A DNA stretch of 64,000 nt from a virus, in the UHGV virus genome UHGV-1376660. One strand, written 5' to 3'. Shown piece by piece: positions 9,509-19,500 of this stretch. The notes below the pieces were generated by a model that was not told the origin of the DNA, searched no databases, and worked only from the letters and a program-made list of their open reading frames with translations. A program made the translations under genes and the position numbers. The first letter of the stretch is position 1. Each line of letters starts with the position of its first letter.

Positions 9509-10249
9509 TTAAAAGAAAACATCAGAGGTAACTTCTACCTTTTTAAGGGAGTAGGTGTTAAACGGAGAAGCCATTTTGTAAATTTTAATATTGGAGTCCA
9601 GAAAATTTCTTACGTATTGTTCTACCTCATACGGCACATGAGATCCTAAAATAACCTCTTTAATATGAGATTTATCGAATTTTTTAATCCCTTGAGAACT
9701 TGTCACAGCCCTATATTCGACTTCGTATGCCCAGCAGGTATGCTTACTGAATACAATTTTATCTGAAAAATCTTCAGGTTTTTCACTAAAGAAACTAAAT
9801 ACAGGAACATCATCTGAGTAATTTACATAACCCGCAAGTTCAATATCTTCTATCGTTTCAAGGAATTTTTCATCAAAACCTATGCAAAATCCGGTATGTG
9901 AAGCAGCATAATGAGACCACATCAAGTAGTTGTCCGGCTTAGGCGTGAGACAAATAACTCCATACATAGACATTATTTGCTGTCTGGAGTCGGTAATAAT
10001 ACTCCATTTAGCTTGCTCTAGCCCACGGAACCAACTTTCAAAGTGGGTGTCATTTGGTCTATCCTTAATAAATCTCTTTCTTGCCGTATCTTTATCAGCC
10101 CTTAAATCTAGGTCTATTTTAAATTCAGATGGGTCATTGAATGTGAATGGATCACTAGCTCTTATCGTGCCATCTTCTAAGAAATATTTTAAATAATTAA
10201 TTGTGTCTTCTGGGTTAGAGCTTCCAACATATTTATACAACATTAGCAA
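9509..10249 (-). CDS. DUF2971-like protein (LMWSHYA motif), AT-rich
   Basis: Motifs ICLTPKP and YLMWSHYAASHTGFCIGF resemble the DUF2971 signature; marked AT-richness. Confidence 0.5.
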   Translation of the reverse strand: MLMLYKYVGSSNPEDTINYLKYFLEDGTIRASDPFTFNDPSEFKIDLDLRADKDTARKRFIKDRPNDTHFESWFRGLEQAKWSIITDSRQQIMSMYGVICLTPKPDNYLMWSHYAASHTGFCIGFDEKFLETIEDIELAGYVNYSDDVPVFSFFSEKPEDFSDKIVFSKHTCWAYEVEYRAVTSSQGIKKFDKSHIKEVILGSHVPYEVEQYVRNFLDSNIKIYKMASPFNTYSLKKVEVTSDVFF

Positions 10250-10289
10250 AATCCTTTTTTTATTAGGCGCATTTCAGCGCCTAATAAGT

Positions 10290-10649
10290 TTAACCTTTCT
10301 TCATCAGCTCACGCTTGATCTCGTCAGTACGCATTGTTACGTCAGCAGCGGTAATCGCCTCGTTCAGTTTCACGATATCTTCAATTTCCTGTGGCGACTT
10401 CTCTGCCAGATGGAAAATGGCTGCACGAATCACGTCAGAACGGGTGAACTTCTCGAAACGAGGGATGAACTTCATCATCTCCAGCAGATCGAAGTACTCG
10501 TCTTCCAGCGACATTGTGCGACTCTTAATCTTCTCTTTCCCACGAGTCGGACGCCCCTGCGGTCTGACTGGCTGGCGCATTGGGGTGCTGCTTTTTGCCG
10601 GCTCTTCCGGATCTTTGCGCTTTGCAAGGTCTCCCATTCTCATGGACAT
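10290..10649 (-). CDS. ParG/CopG-like ribbon-helix-helix partition protein
   Basis: Disordered basic N-terminus followed by an RHH-like segment (TMSLEDEYFDLL...FTRSDVIRAAIFHLAEK); translationally coupled to the upstream ParA. Confidence 0.55.
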   Translation of the reverse strand: MSMRMGDLAKRKDPEEPAKSSTPMRQPVRPQGRPTRGKEKIKSRTMSLEDEYFDLLEMMKFIPRFEKFTRSDVIRAAIFHLAEKSPQEIEDIVKLNEAITAADVTMRTDEIKRELMKKG

Positions 10650-11314
10650 TATTCTTCCTCCAGACTCATGATGTAATCTACAAACTCTTCGAACTCGGCT
10701 TCTGCCTTCTTATCGCGTTCAGCGCCAGTCATTTCAAAGATAGAACGACCTGCCTCTTCCGCGTCGTCATAAACGTTACGGTTGTACAGGTTAACCGGCG
10801 CAGCCTCGATGCCGAATGTCTCGACAATTTCTTTCGCCGCCAGGATACGTGACATCTGTGAAGGCAGTGACGGACACTGGTTTACTACCGCGCGAATTTT
10901 CACAGTCTCGTTCACGTTACGAACGTTGTCGATAATCGGGTCGATATCGCGCAGAGATTTCAAATCACGACGCTTAGGGCGCAACGGGATAATGATGAAG
11001 TCTGCCAACAGCATCGCTTGTCGCTGAATTTCTGAGTCAAAACCACCCGCATCAATGACGACGTAATCGTAGCGTCCCTTCAGCGATTTGATGTGCTTGA
11101 CGATGTCATCCTGAACGTAAGCGAATGGAATCAGCTCAAGATCTTCGTTCTGGCGACGGTCTTCACACCAACTCGTTGTAGTGCGCTGAATATCAATGTC
11201 GGTGACTTGAATCTTCTTTTTCTTTTTAACTTTGAGGCATACCGCAATTTGCTGGGCAACAGTAGATTTGCCTGGGCCGCCTTTCGTGCCGCCAACCACA
11301 ATGATCTTGGTCAT
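10649..11314 (-). CDS. parA: ParA/Soj-family partition ATPase (type Ib, small)
   Basis: Deviant Walker A GGTKGGPGKST; 221 aa. Confidence 0.8.
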   Translation of the reverse strand: MTKIIVVGGTKGGPGKSTVAQQIAVCLKVKKKKKIQVTDIDIQRTTTSWCEDRRQNEDLELIPFAYVQDDIVKHIKSLKGRYDYVVIDAGGFDSEIQRQAMLLADFIIIPLRPKRRDLKSLRDIDPIIDNVRNVNETVKIRAVVNQCPSLPSQMSRILAAKEIVETFGIEAAPVNLYNRNVYDDAEEAGRSIFEMTGAERDKKAEAEFEEFVDYIMSLEEE

Positions 11315-11644
11315 TGGAGAGTTCCCTTTGCGTGAATTATTGTCGTATGAAACAACTTGTTTTCTTATATGCGATATAGCCTAAATGCCTACGGCTGCGG
11401 TGTAAAGGTGAAATGTCAGGCACTTATAGGTAGTTAACAAATTAGCCGAATGTAAATTTGACTCGAAAAAATTCCCTGGATAGTATGACTACAGGTGGTG
11501 ATGGTCACCTGGCGCCTGTCTCGCAAAGCAATAGCCCATCGTTAAACAACGTTTTATCTAAACTTGGCTCGCCAAAGTAGTTTTGACGCGTCCGGTTAGC
11601 AGGCTATCGGTAGCATTAATAAACTAACTTTTGGAGCTGACGCC

Positions 11645-12196
11645 ATGTCTGACTACTCTTGCCTAAGCATTCTCAAGACCAAAGCTAAAAAGCTGGTTCG
11701 AATTCAAAAAATTAAGCAATCCGAGGCGCTAGAGATCGTTGCTAAAGAAGCGCAATTTTCTAGCTATCACGAGCTTAAAGAGGTCGCAAAGCGAGATCCT
11801 TTTGAGCCGCGACTAGTTCTGGCTGCAATGGGTGAATCTTCTCTGGAAGATGCTCTTTATACTGAAGAAGTCTTCTCCGCTATCGAGACGGAGGTTATGG
11901 AGCTGTTATCTGGTGAAACAGCCGATACGAATGCCTATGATTTCAACGTAGAAGATCTTGAAGCAACGAAGGTCAAGTACGACGAGAAGCGAGGCATTTT
12001 GACTGTGCTGGCGTCCTTTACGTATCAGGGAGAGCAAGACCCAGACCGTGCCTACTCAGGAACCTCATTTGAGGTTGTTGCTGAAATGCAACTAATTCTC
12101 CGTGAAAATGCCTGGAGTCTCGTTGAAGATAGTCTGGAGTTGGCCTCGGTTGTATCGGATACCGATCGTGACTGGTATGACGATGTAGATGGTTAA
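11645..12196 (+). CDS. strongly acidic 183-aa protein, unknown function
   Basis: Isolated plus-strand ORF; estimated net charge about -25; followed by a strong terminator. Confidence 0.55.
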   Translation: MSDYSCLSILKTKAKKLVRIQKIKQSEALEIVAKEAQFSSYHELKEVAKRDPFEPRLVLAAMGESSLEDALYTEEVFSAIETEVMELLSGETADTNAYDFNVEDLEATKVKYDEKRGILTVLASFTYQGEQDPDRAYSGTSFEVVAEMQLILRENAWSLVEDSLELASVVSDTDRDWYDDVDG

Positions 12197-12198
12197 TA

Positions 12199-12233
12199 CG
12201 AAGGCGCTCCACCGATAAGATGGAGCGCCTTCG
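12199..12233. terminator. bidirectional rho-independent terminator between convergent genes
   Basis: 12-bp perfect stem GAAGGCGCTCCA...TGGAGCGCCTTC. Confidence 0.6.
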
Positions 12234-12246
12234 TACGGGCTTGTAA

Positions 12247-12486
12247 TCAGGCATTTGGTAAATGACCGTATTGCCAGTTACACAATCGCTCTCCCATCGT
12301 GTTATGGAAGAGGATCTCGCGTTCCGTCTCTTCGGTCATAAAGTCGTCGTTACTGACATAAATAGGGTTTGCTGCATCGCAGAACAGCACGCCGGAAGTC
12401 TGTGTCTTAATCACGCAGCCATTTATCATGCAGCTCGCGATGAACAGCAGAAGCATCTTTCCGCCGCACCTCATTAAGTGTCTCAT
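12247..12486 (-). CDS. Rz1-like o-spanin candidate (lipoprotein), embedded out of frame in the Rz-like gene
   Basis: Signal-like MLLLFIASC/INGC with Cys, overlapping the 3' end of the i-spanin gene in another frame; start inferred. Confidence 0.45.
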   Translation of the reverse strand: MRHLMRCGGKMLLLFIASCMINGCVIKTQTSGVLFCDAANPIYVSNDDFMTEETEREILFHNTMGERLCNWQYGHLPNA

Positions 12487-12658
12487 TTTTGACGTCCACT
12501 GTGCTTTGAAGCCTTTTCCTGTCCTCCTGTCTGGCCTTCTCTTCGATTGCTTGCCGGGCCGCACGACCTCCCATCGTATAAGCACCGACAAGCACGAAAA
12601 GAACGGCAGCCAGAGTCATCAGAGCAAACTTCAGCTTTGAAAATAGGCTGCCGGTCAT
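12407..12658 (-). CDS. Rz-like i-spanin (N-terminal transmembrane helix plus charged coiled-coil)
   Basis: Start MTGSLFSKLKFALMTLAAVLFVLVGAY two nucleotides after the upstream stop; the longer track ORF 12407..12856 overlaps the upstream gene and is probably over-extended. Confidence 0.5.
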   Translation of the reverse strand: MTGSLFSKLKFALMTLAAVLFVLVGAYTMGGRAARQAIEEKARQEDRKRLQSTVDVKNETLNEVRRKDASAVHRELHDKWLRD

Positions 12659-12659
12659 A

Positions 12660-13379
12660 TCAGACCATCCCGTTCTGGTGTTTTCGCACCTGTGACCAGG
12701 CGATAAAGCCGGCCACCACAATGGTAGCGATACCGAAGATGATCCGAACCGTATCACCACTGGTGATGTGTCCCTGCGCCTTGTCCATTGCCGCAGAGAC
12801 CTGCGGCATGACGTCGGCCAGCTGTGCCAGACCAATTCCCGCCGTGACGGTCGCACCGGCAGTCTCTTTGGTTACAGGAACAGCCTTCACGGTTTTCACC
12901 GGCTTAACGACACCAGCGCGACGCAGACCTTCCTCAATAACTTCTGCCGCATACCAGGTGTTCGGCGTTTTGAGCGGGCCACGGCCATTTTCATGACGGA
13001 TAATCGCCTCCACCAGCGGACGCAGGGTGTCGTAGTCGTGCAGATCGATGATCATGTCCGGGGTGACGCCCACGGCTTTAGATACCTCGTTCACGTAAGC
13101 CACGGTGTTGTTTTCATGCGGAGGCGCCCAACGTTCGATGACTTCGCGGATCGTATCGATGCTGGAGCCATCCTTCGCGCGGCGCTTGTCGTGGTAGGTA
13201 ATGAGCGTCACTGCCAGCGCTCGAATACCCCATACAGGATCTTTGAACGTGCAGAAACGCGGTTCAGCAGGGTTGTCGATTAACCCCTGCCACGGCGAAC
13301 CTTTGTCGAGGTTGCCAGGGTTGTTATTACGAATGCCTCTCGGAGTTTTCATCCTTGATCTCCTGTTATTGCAGTCCAT
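12660..13379 (-). CDS. putative endolysin / peptidoglycan-acting protein with C-terminal membrane anchor
   Basis: Sits in a holin-X-Rz/Rz1 arrangement; conserved GIRNNNPGNL N-terminal motif; C-terminal hydrophobic helix; enzymatic class not determined. Confidence 0.4.
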   Translation of the reverse strand: MDCNNRRSRMKTPRGIRNNNPGNLDKGSPWQGLIDNPAEPRFCTFKDPVWGIRALAVTLITYHDKRRAKDGSSIDTIREVIERWAPPHENNTVAYVNEVSKAVGVTPDMIIDLHDYDTLRPLVEAIIRHENGRGPLKTPNTWYAAEVIEEGLRRAGVVKPVKTVKAVPVTKETAGATVTAGIGLAQLADVMPQVSAAMDKAQGHITSGDTVRIIFGIATIVVAGFIAWSQVRKHQNGMV

Positions 13380-13689
13380 TCTTTACGCCATAAGCGGCCA
13401 GACCCAGCAGTAGCGCGGTAATCAGGAACGACGTTATCTTTGAGATAATGCCGCCAAAGAACCCACTGGATATGGCGTCTAACCGATTAAGATGTTTGTC
13501 CAGGTTGGAGTGCTGAATGCTGTGTTGTGCTGGTGTCATATCACCAAAGTAGGTTCTGAGCTGATCATTGACCTCCAGCCCAATTTCCTCACGTAGCTCC
13601 TTACCTAATTTGCCAACAACTTCGCGAGCAACAATAGCGGCGATACGCTCAACCTGCTGCGGCGTAACTCCAGCCATTTCATTCGACAT
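13366..13689 (-). CDS. putative holin (single C-terminal transmembrane helix)
   Basis: 107 aa, C-terminal ITSFLITALLLGLAAYGV; immediately upstream of the endolysin candidate. Confidence 0.4.
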   Translation of the reverse strand: MSNEMAGVTPQQVERIAAIVAREVVGKLGKELREEIGLEVNDQLRTYFGDMTPAQHSIQHSNLDKHLNRLDAISSGFFGGIISKITSFLITALLLGLAAYGVKNGLQ

Positions 13690-13802
13690 TTTTTCCTCCG
13701 TGAAAAGTAAAATCGAATGATGGATTTATAACATAAATAGTTAATTTATTATAGGTAATCACTTACCTATTAATTGACGCAAAAACATCTGCGCCAATTA
13801 CC

Positions 13803-16424
13803 CTATTCTCCTTTATCAGTTGTTGGAGCCTTTATCAAGGAAGCCACTACAGCCTTGAGATCTACAAGCTCTCGCACAAGTTCCGCTCGTAGTGAGTCGA
13901 TTTCATCTTGTTGTTTCTTGATGATTTCAGACTGTTTTTCATTTTCGTCTTGCAACATTTGAACTACGGTTATCAGGTCAGCGATAACTGCTCGATCATT
14001 AACATTCATGATCTCGAATTCTTTACCGCATTCGTCAGTTGCTGTGCCACCAAAGAATACGTAAGTATCATCAATTTCGGCCATTTGTTGCGCAAGGTAT
14101 CCACGCTGTAAAACTGGATTGCCCTTATAATAAAACTCCATTACTCCGATTTGTTTAATACGCCCCCATGCACCGCTCTTAGGTAGTTCAAATCCGTATT
14201 TGATCCTTACATCGGACCCCTGAATAGCGCATCGACCCTCTGGCGTATAAAAGCCGTTATCGTTTCGCATTGAATACCATACGACATTGCCGCCGAATGT
14301 ATTAAAAGACCAAACATATTGATACTGTTGCCCAGGAGCACCTGCAACATAGTTTTGAACACCGAACCATTTGTTTTCAACATATGAAAGCAGGTTGGCA
14401 CCATCGCTTGCTGCCTGATCCTGTAACTTCCTGACGACTGCTGTCCACGCACCACCAACACCAGTGATATCAAACGCAACAAGGCCTTTAAACCAAACAA
14501 CATCATCTGTCGCAATACCAAGCGCTTTCCTTGCCGTATATTGGTTATAACCGCCGGTTCCGCCGGACTCTATTGGTAGCGGTTTTCTTGTACCGGCAGA
14601 TCTATCATAAACGCCCCAATCACCATGATCGTAAACAAACAGATAGGTATCCATATCTGGCGCGTAATACAAGCTTTGAGCTCCTGCACGATTAATAGTA
14701 TCGACAAGCAGATTTCGTCTTAACTCATCAATACTTCTTGCACCAGTACCACCTTGGCCTATAGCCAACGGAACCCAATCTTTTAGAACATCATCAAACA
14801 TGCCCCAGGCGCTATCATTCCTTACTGATAGCTCTTTTACACCATCTGGAGAAAACATTGATGTGTAAACATCAGCCTGGACTATTCTATCTACCTGTAA
14901 ATTTTTTCTTGATTGGGTTAGGTTATTAGCACCTGTGCCACCTTGCGCCATGCCAAGCGGAATCCACCCGCTAACGCCTGATTGTGTAACTCCCCATGTG
15001 CCGTCGCCTGTCAGGTTAAGACCGAATGTCCCGAACCTCATTACTGTTGAATTTGATGTTTGTACGAACCTTTCAAGTTCAAAGTTTTTTTTGGCGCGTG
15101 ATACGTCTGTTGCCCCAGTACCGCCCGCACCAATGGATAGAGCCGATGTACTGTTATTGTCATTACGTGCAACGCGCCATTCGCCATTGTTTGCAATCCT
15201 CAACTCATAAGTGGCTTGAGGGTTCGTAAATGAGTTGTAATCTCCCTGAGTGCCGTTAATTTCCGGATCGCGACTAATAACCGCCTGAACCTGCAACGTC
15301 TTTCTTGCCGCACTCCTATCTGGCAGGTCAGCAAGGTTCTGATCTTTATGCAGCACGTTGTTTACATCTAACAGATCGGCAAATTGCTTCGCCTTTTCTG
15401 CTTCACTCTTTGCGGTATCTGCATGGGCGGCTGCATTGGTTTCACTTGTCGCCGCCGCCGCTTGGCTCGCCGCCGCCGCATCCTTGCTTGCTACGGCAGT
15501 ATTTTTACTCTCAAGAGCAGAAGCCTGGCTTTCAGCAGCCGCATCTTGGCTGGCTTTCGCATTGTTGGAATAAGTGAGTGAGTCATTCGCATAGCGAGCG
15601 GCTTCCGCTTCGCTTGCCTTAGCAGCCTGCTCGCTATTAGCGGCAGCAGTTTGGCTCACGGAGGCAGCTTCTTTACTCGCTAACGCGGAAGCCTCTGAAT
15701 TAGCGGCGCTATCTTCACTTTGGTGCGCTGCATTCTGTGAAGCGGCTGCAGCCTGCTCACTTTGTAATGCAGCTGTTTGTGATGCAGCGGCAGCCTCTTT
15801 GCTTGCCCTGGCGTTACTTTCACTGGTAGCCGCTGCCTGCTGAGAGGCAGCTGCAGCGTTTTCACTTGCCTTAGCATTAGCTTCGCTGCCCGCAGCTGCT
15901 TGTTTAGAATTTAACGCCTCTGCAGCCGCTGCTTCCGATCTGGCGGCGGCGGCCAGAGCCTTTGAGGACTCCGACTCAATGGTATCGACGTGATCTCGAT
16001 ACCATTGTTGGTTTTCGTTGTGCTCATTAACAATCTGTAAGAGCGACTTTACCTTTATCTCAGTGCCATCAGCAGCTTCCAAGGTGACTTCATCGAGCGC
16101 CGTCAACCAGCTGCGCATCGCTTTTGAGTCAGCAGACATGCGAGTCATAAGCGCAGTGAAGCGAGCACTGAACTGTGTCAGATCGCCCTCATATGTTGTA
16201 ATGATTACGCAAGGTACATCTGCCTGCGTCTCACCAGCATATGGTTCCGCCAGAACCATGCTGGTGTCACTATCGACGCGCTTAATCTCGTGTAGCTTAT
16301 TGTCAGGCCCAATTACGATCATGCCTGGCAATACACCATTGGCCGTCACATTCCAGGCTGTACCTGCGCCTGTTACAATGTTACTCCCCTGAGTGAATGA
16401 GATAGTACCTTCCCTGTACCACAT
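13803..16424 (-). CDS. side tail fiber protein (lambda Stf-like, Ala/Ser/Glu-rich fibre repeats)
   Basis: Long runs of AAASQ.AA.SE.NA repeats like lambda Stf; lies downstream of the J-like gene; 873 aa. Confidence 0.7.
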   Translation of the reverse strand: MWYREGTISFTQGSNIVTGAGTAWNVTANGVLPGMIVIGPDNKLHEIKRVDSDTSMVLAEPYAGETQADVPCVIITTYEGDLTQFSARFTALMTRMSADSKAMRSWLTALDEVTLEAADGTEIKVKSLLQIVNEHNENQQWYRDHVDTIESESSKALAAAARSEAAAAEALNSKQAAAGSEANAKASENAAAASQQAAATSESNARASKEAAAASQTAALQSEQAAAASQNAAHQSEDSAANSEASALASKEAASVSQTAAANSEQAAKASEAEAARYANDSLTYSNNAKASQDAAAESQASALESKNTAVASKDAAAASQAAAATSETNAAAHADTAKSEAEKAKQFADLLDVNNVLHKDQNLADLPDRSAARKTLQVQAVISRDPEINGTQGDYNSFTNPQATYELRIANNGEWRVARNDNNSTSALSIGAGGTGATDVSRAKKNFELERFVQTSNSTVMRFGTFGLNLTGDGTWGVTQSGVSGWIPLGMAQGGTGANNLTQSRKNLQVDRIVQADVYTSMFSPDGVKELSVRNDSAWGMFDDVLKDWVPLAIGQGGTGARSIDELRRNLLVDTINRAGAQSLYYAPDMDTYLFVYDHGDWGVYDRSAGTRKPLPIESGGTGGYNQYTARKALGIATDDVVWFKGLVAFDITGVGGAWTAVVRKLQDQAASDGANLLSYVENKWFGVQNYVAGAPGQQYQYVWSFNTFGGNVVWYSMRNDNGFYTPEGRCAIQGSDVRIKYGFELPKSGAWGRIKQIGVMEFYYKGNPVLQRGYLAQQMAEIDDTYVFFGGTATDECGKEFEIMNVNDRAVIADLITVVQMLQDENEKQSEIIKKQQDEIDSLRAELVRELVDLKAVVASLIKAPTTDKGE

Positions 16425-16508
16425 GTTAACTCCTTAAAACGGACAAATCAGCTTCCTGCTGAACTCATATAATACACACACAAAATAAGTAATTACATAC
16501 CTATTTAT

Positions 16509-19500
16509 TTAGACTTTAAATAATAAAACTGTTAATGTGCCAACGGCATTTGCATGATCTAATTGTCCACCATAAGACAGTGTGGTCGAGACATTTCGAG
16601 GCAGAAATAGATAGGCGCTACCGCCGCCATGCATTGCCGTCGAAGAGACGGATGCGATTCGACCACCGTAAGACGAATCAACCCACACAGTACCACCACC
16701 TTGTCCATACCCTCCGGAATATGTCCACCCATGCACACCGATATAAGGGATTACCAAATGTCTGTCATAGCTCGCCGCTGGTATGCCGATAGATGAGTTG
16801 AAACCTAACACGACCGCTTTGGCAACATCGCCCTCAATCTTTTCAGCATAAACAGTTCCGTTGAAGTAGCCTTCTTGTGCTTCAATTCTGCCTCTAAACA
16901 CCCCCTGATTTGCATAGACAGTACCCCTTACCGTCACTTGGTTGAACTCAGCGTTACCGTTTTTGTTGATCGACCATCCTGCTGACGAACCAGCATAATT
17001 ATCAGACTGAATTACTTGCCCAATCTTTGCGTTATCAATAGTCCCGTTTTTAATCCATGCCCCATTCATATAGGCAACGCCATTCTCAATTACAAATGGT
17101 GTTGTAATATGCCCATTAACAGAGTTAACCAATCCAAAGCGATCCGCCTGAACAAGAAATTGCGAAAGCCCTGTGCTATCGATACCAAGTGCAATACCGG
17201 CAACATACTTCTGGCCACCAGAGGTTGAGGTTTCCATCTTCAGAGTCCATGCGGTAGACACCTTCTCGTTCGTATCCGCTATCGCTTTTGCCTGCTCCTG
17301 AATGATCGCAGAGTTACCATCAACCTCAGCCTTAATCGTATCTACTCTCTTACCAAGTGCGCCATCTGCATCAGCCCTAGCACTAGCCTCGGATGTAATA
17401 GCTGCTTTAATGTCTTCCGATGTTTGAGATGCCAGAGAGTTAATTTGAGAAGACAGGGCACTATCTGCATCCGTTCTGGCACTGCTCTCAGCGCCAATCG
17501 CTGCCTTAATGTCCTCCCCCGTTTGTGCCTTTAGTGTGGTTATCTGGCGAGCCAGGGACTCATCGGCGGTAGCTCTTGTCTCCTGTTCCGTCGCAATCGC
17601 AGCCTTAATATCGTCATCAAGCTGAGACTGAAGCGCAGTGATTCGCTTCGAGATAGCCTTATCCGCTTCCACACGAGCCGTCGTTTCCTCGGTAATTGAC
17701 GCTTTAATTTCATCACCAATTTCAGCACGAATCTCTTCTACCTTAGTGGCCATTGCCGACATATCATCAGCGAAAGCCTTCTGCGTAGTGGCAATCTTCG
17801 CGTTGTTGATCATCTGCTTGTGCTGGTCTTCATCCTGACGGAGAGCAAGATCGATATTTGTCTTGGCAATAGCGTCGATATTTGTTGTGACCTCGGAGCT
17901 TGCGCGATCAATTTCGGCAACAGTCTTCTTCATTTCTTCAATTGCCGCGGCGCTATCATCAACGGATGACTTCATTGCCTCAATTTGCTTGGCATTAGCC
18001 TTGTCGCCCTCAACTCGTGCCTCACGTTCTTCGGCAATCATCGCCTTAGCATTGTCGAGAGCGGCATTTGCAGCCTCAACAGCACCTGCAACAGCTTTGC
18101 CTTGCTCAGAGACTGTTTCCTGCAATTCAACCAGTGCAGCGTTAGAATCCTCAACCTGCTGCAGAGCGTCATTGACCTTATCCAGCGTGCCTGAAACCTC
18201 ATTCTTGAGATCGGTTTGAGACTGCTGGAGAGTTTCATCGGCAGCAGCCAATTCTTTAAGACTCTCTTCCATCTGCTTATGAAGATTGTCGACTGCATCC
18301 TGAGACGCCTTCGTATCGATTTCCTCAAGCAGCCCCTGACCCAACTCGGACGAAGTAATTTTACCTGTCAGGAATGAAAGAACGTCTCTTGTCGTCGCCT
18401 CCGTACCCAGATTTGAGTTCGGCGGGCTTAACATGCCACGCTTGTTCGCCGCACGAACCCAATAGTACCAGGTCTCACTATCTCCCAAACCGGCATGGGT
18501 GAACGTTGTGCTGGCGGCCTCTGCAATCAACTTTGCCGTTTCCAGATCGTTGGTCTGGGAGGCGTACACGTTGATGTGATCGAGGTCGATTGAGTCCGGG
18601 TTGACCCAATTCAGAATCACGTTGCGGTAGTCGCCAACAGCCGTCAGAGAGGTAGGAGAGCCTGGCGGTGTCATCGTACCTTTAACTTGATAAACGATGC
18701 TGATGATGTCCGTCTTCTTACCGCTGAACGAAACCGCATAGAGCTGAATGTCGTATTGACCATTCTCGGCAATATTGAGGATCTCGAACTGCTCTTCGGT
18801 AACACGTGCGGACTGCCAGTTAGAGACGTTGTTCTCATCGGAACGGCGCCAACTGATCCAATATTCCGCAGACTTACCCTCCCAGGTGGCAACGAGTTTG
18901 ATTGAGAGGTTGCCCGGACTGGAGATATACGTCCCTTCCGTCACCTGCAGGTTAGTCGGCTTCGAATAAGTCGGATCGAGAACGGTGTTGTTCTCGGGGA
19001 TCAGCGTCGCGCCGTTGTCGATGGCTTCGTACTTCGATGCGTTATTCTGGACAACCGTAACGTCAAACGTCCCCTGGGCATCCCCCTGAGCAACGTTGAT
19101 AACGCGCACACGCATTGGCTCCAGATCTGGCTCTGTAATCGTCCAGACGCCATTCATTACCGGCATATCGCCGGAATTGAGCGCTTTGGAGAAGGTCACG
19201 TTGGAAATGTCTTCCCCGGTCTCAAGAATATCGCGCTCAACGATTTCACCTTCCTGATTCAAGATCCGGATGTAGCTACCGGCCTTATTCAGCGTAACCG
19301 GTGCGTCGAGAGTGATGCTGTTCTTTGTGAACGCCACAATGCGGCCAGAGTTGCGCTTACCTGCGCGGTATTTGTTCTGAATCAGCACCGTTTCGCCCGG
19401 CATCAGGAAGGAAGCATCCAGCCCTGCCGTAAAGCTGATAACGTCCGATTCCATGCGTGCGGTATACAGCAACCACAGACCGACACGATGCGCCTGACCG

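Noticed and set aside
10250-10290. Hairpin TTAGGCGC-ATTTCAG-GCGCCTAA between parG and the DUF2971-like gene as a terminator
   Set aside because: No U-tract follows in the minus-strand transcript orientation; retained only as a possible attenuator or processing structure, not called as a terminator.
12407-12856. Long form (149 aa) of the Rz-like ORF
   Set aside because: The first 66 codons overlap the endolysin-candidate gene in another frame; the internal start MTGSLF two nucleotides after the upstream stop gives a canonical transmembrane plus coiled-coil i-spanin.
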